Below are positions 63,318 through 64,000 of a stretch of 64,000 nucleotides of DNA, piece after piece (position 1 is the stretch's first letter; each line of letters starts with the position of its first letter). Origin of the DNA: a virus (Duplodnaviria > Caudoviricetes); the IMG/VR virus record IMGVR_UViG_3300031911_000003, positions 1 to 64,000 of that record; one strand, 5' to 3'. Under the pieces are notes generated by a model. The model ran no database searches and was not told the origin of the DNA. It saw nothing but the letters and a program-made list of their open reading frames with translations. Both the position numbers and the translations under genes were made by a program.

Positions 63318-63709
63318 TGCAGGTCCTCGTCTTCCCAACCTTCGCAGAGGTCGCAGAGCACGAAGAAGCCTGTAATACTTCGAGATGCCATACTTTCGGG
63401 GAGGCCGAACCAAGCATCGTTGAGCAGATCCAAAATTACAGACGCGGCACCCAGTCGAAGGGCTTCATCGTAGCGCTCGACGGGCTTACCTTCAAAATTC
63501 TGCTCGATGTCGTTGCAGATGACATTACAGGCGTCTTGCGCTGCTCGCGCAGTGACAGGTGTTGAAAGTTGCATCGCGCGTGCGGGCATTTCGACCTGCA
63601 GTGGACCTACTGCGACGCTCACCTTCGATGCTGGGTGGTACTTCTCAACAATGGCACGCAGCGCGACGGCGTTCGCCTTAACTTTGTCAAACCATTCAGC
63701 AGAATTCAT
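63314..63709 (-). CDS. hypothetical protein
   Basis: GGAGG SD before ATG 63709. Confidence 0.55.
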   Translation of the reverse strand: MNSAEWFDKVKANAVALRAIVEKYHPASKVSVAVGPLQVEMPARAMQLSTPVTARAAQDACNVICNDIEQNFEGKPVERYDEALRLGAASVILDLLNDAWFGLPESMASRSITGFFVLCDLCEGWEDEDLQ

Positions 63710-63757
63710 CTCTAATCCTCCTCTACTGCCGACCATCCTCCTCGAAAGTACTACACT

Positions 63758-64000
63758 TTGTCAACCTCGTTTAAGAAGCGTCCAGCGCGGCGACGGGAAG
63801 TCGCGCGGCACGACCACCCCGGACGAACGTCTTTTGTCGCGTTCATCAGGCACGTCCGACCGGGACTGTACATCTCGCAGCAAATTCGACTACTCGCCCG
63901 CAAGGTCGAACGCGCGCTCGTTCACAAAGAAGGATGGCTGCGCCTCATCCTCGTTTGGCCCCCGCGCACCGGCAAGACGACGGCCGGGAGCGTGCTTCTC
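63758..64000 (+). CDS. terL: terminase large subunit, N-terminus (runs off the window; not in ORF track)
   Basis: SFVAFIRHVRPG....QQIRLLARKVE...RLILVWPPRTGKTT matches the TerL RLIxxxPPRxGK[ST] Walker A pattern; TTG start tentative. Confidence 0.75.
   Translation, partial: MSTSFKKRPARRREVARHDHPGRTSFVAFIRHVRPGLYISQQIRLLARKVERALVHKEGWLRLILVWPPRTGKTTAGSVLL

Noticed and set aside
1-64000. Many long antisense or alternate-frame ORFs in the track (e.g. 23540..25600, 21884..23185, 46492..47700, 45093..46124)
   Set aside because: They are shadows of real GC3-rich genes, are Arg/Pro/Ala-rich and show no family motifs
1-64000. CRISPR array, tRNA, rRNA or integrase
   Set aside because: No regularly spaced repeats, cloverleaf or recombinase motifs seen by eye; tRNAscan-SE and a full genome would be needed to exclude them

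Overview
The window is most of the genome of a GC-rich tailed phage with a contractile tail (myovirus-like). Its head is Mu-like: DUF935 portal, protease/scaffold, gpT-like capsid and gp36-like adaptor. It also encodes a sheath, tube, tape measure, baseplate, lysis genes and the start of the large terminase at the right edge. Replication and nucleotide genes include class II RNR, ThyX, dUTPase, two NMP kinases, family-4 UDG, Mre11/Rad50-like nuclease, SF2 helicase, rIIA/rIIB, a sigma factor and an adenine MTase. Morphogenesis genes are scattered on both strands among non-structural genes. The strongest unexplained signal is the motif ACCATC, which lies 7-11 nt (13 of 16 cases 7-8 nt) before the start codons of 16 structural or lysis genes, which mostly lack a Shine-Dalgarno site. 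This suggests a -10-only late promoter producing leaderless mRNAs. One copy lies just past the lipoprotein signal-peptide codons of a tail-fibre-like gene, so that gene may make both a lipoprotein and a virion form. Other oddities are truncated host-protein look-alikes (RNAP alpha-CTD, armless HU, 79-aa mini beta-clamp, motif-less dUTPase), a PAPS-reductase/ParB/PAPS-reductase/kinase cassette, an altered RlmN-like radical SAM enzyme and a POT peptide transporter. No integrase, tRNA or CRISPR array was seen. All family calls come from motif recognition by eye, not database searches.
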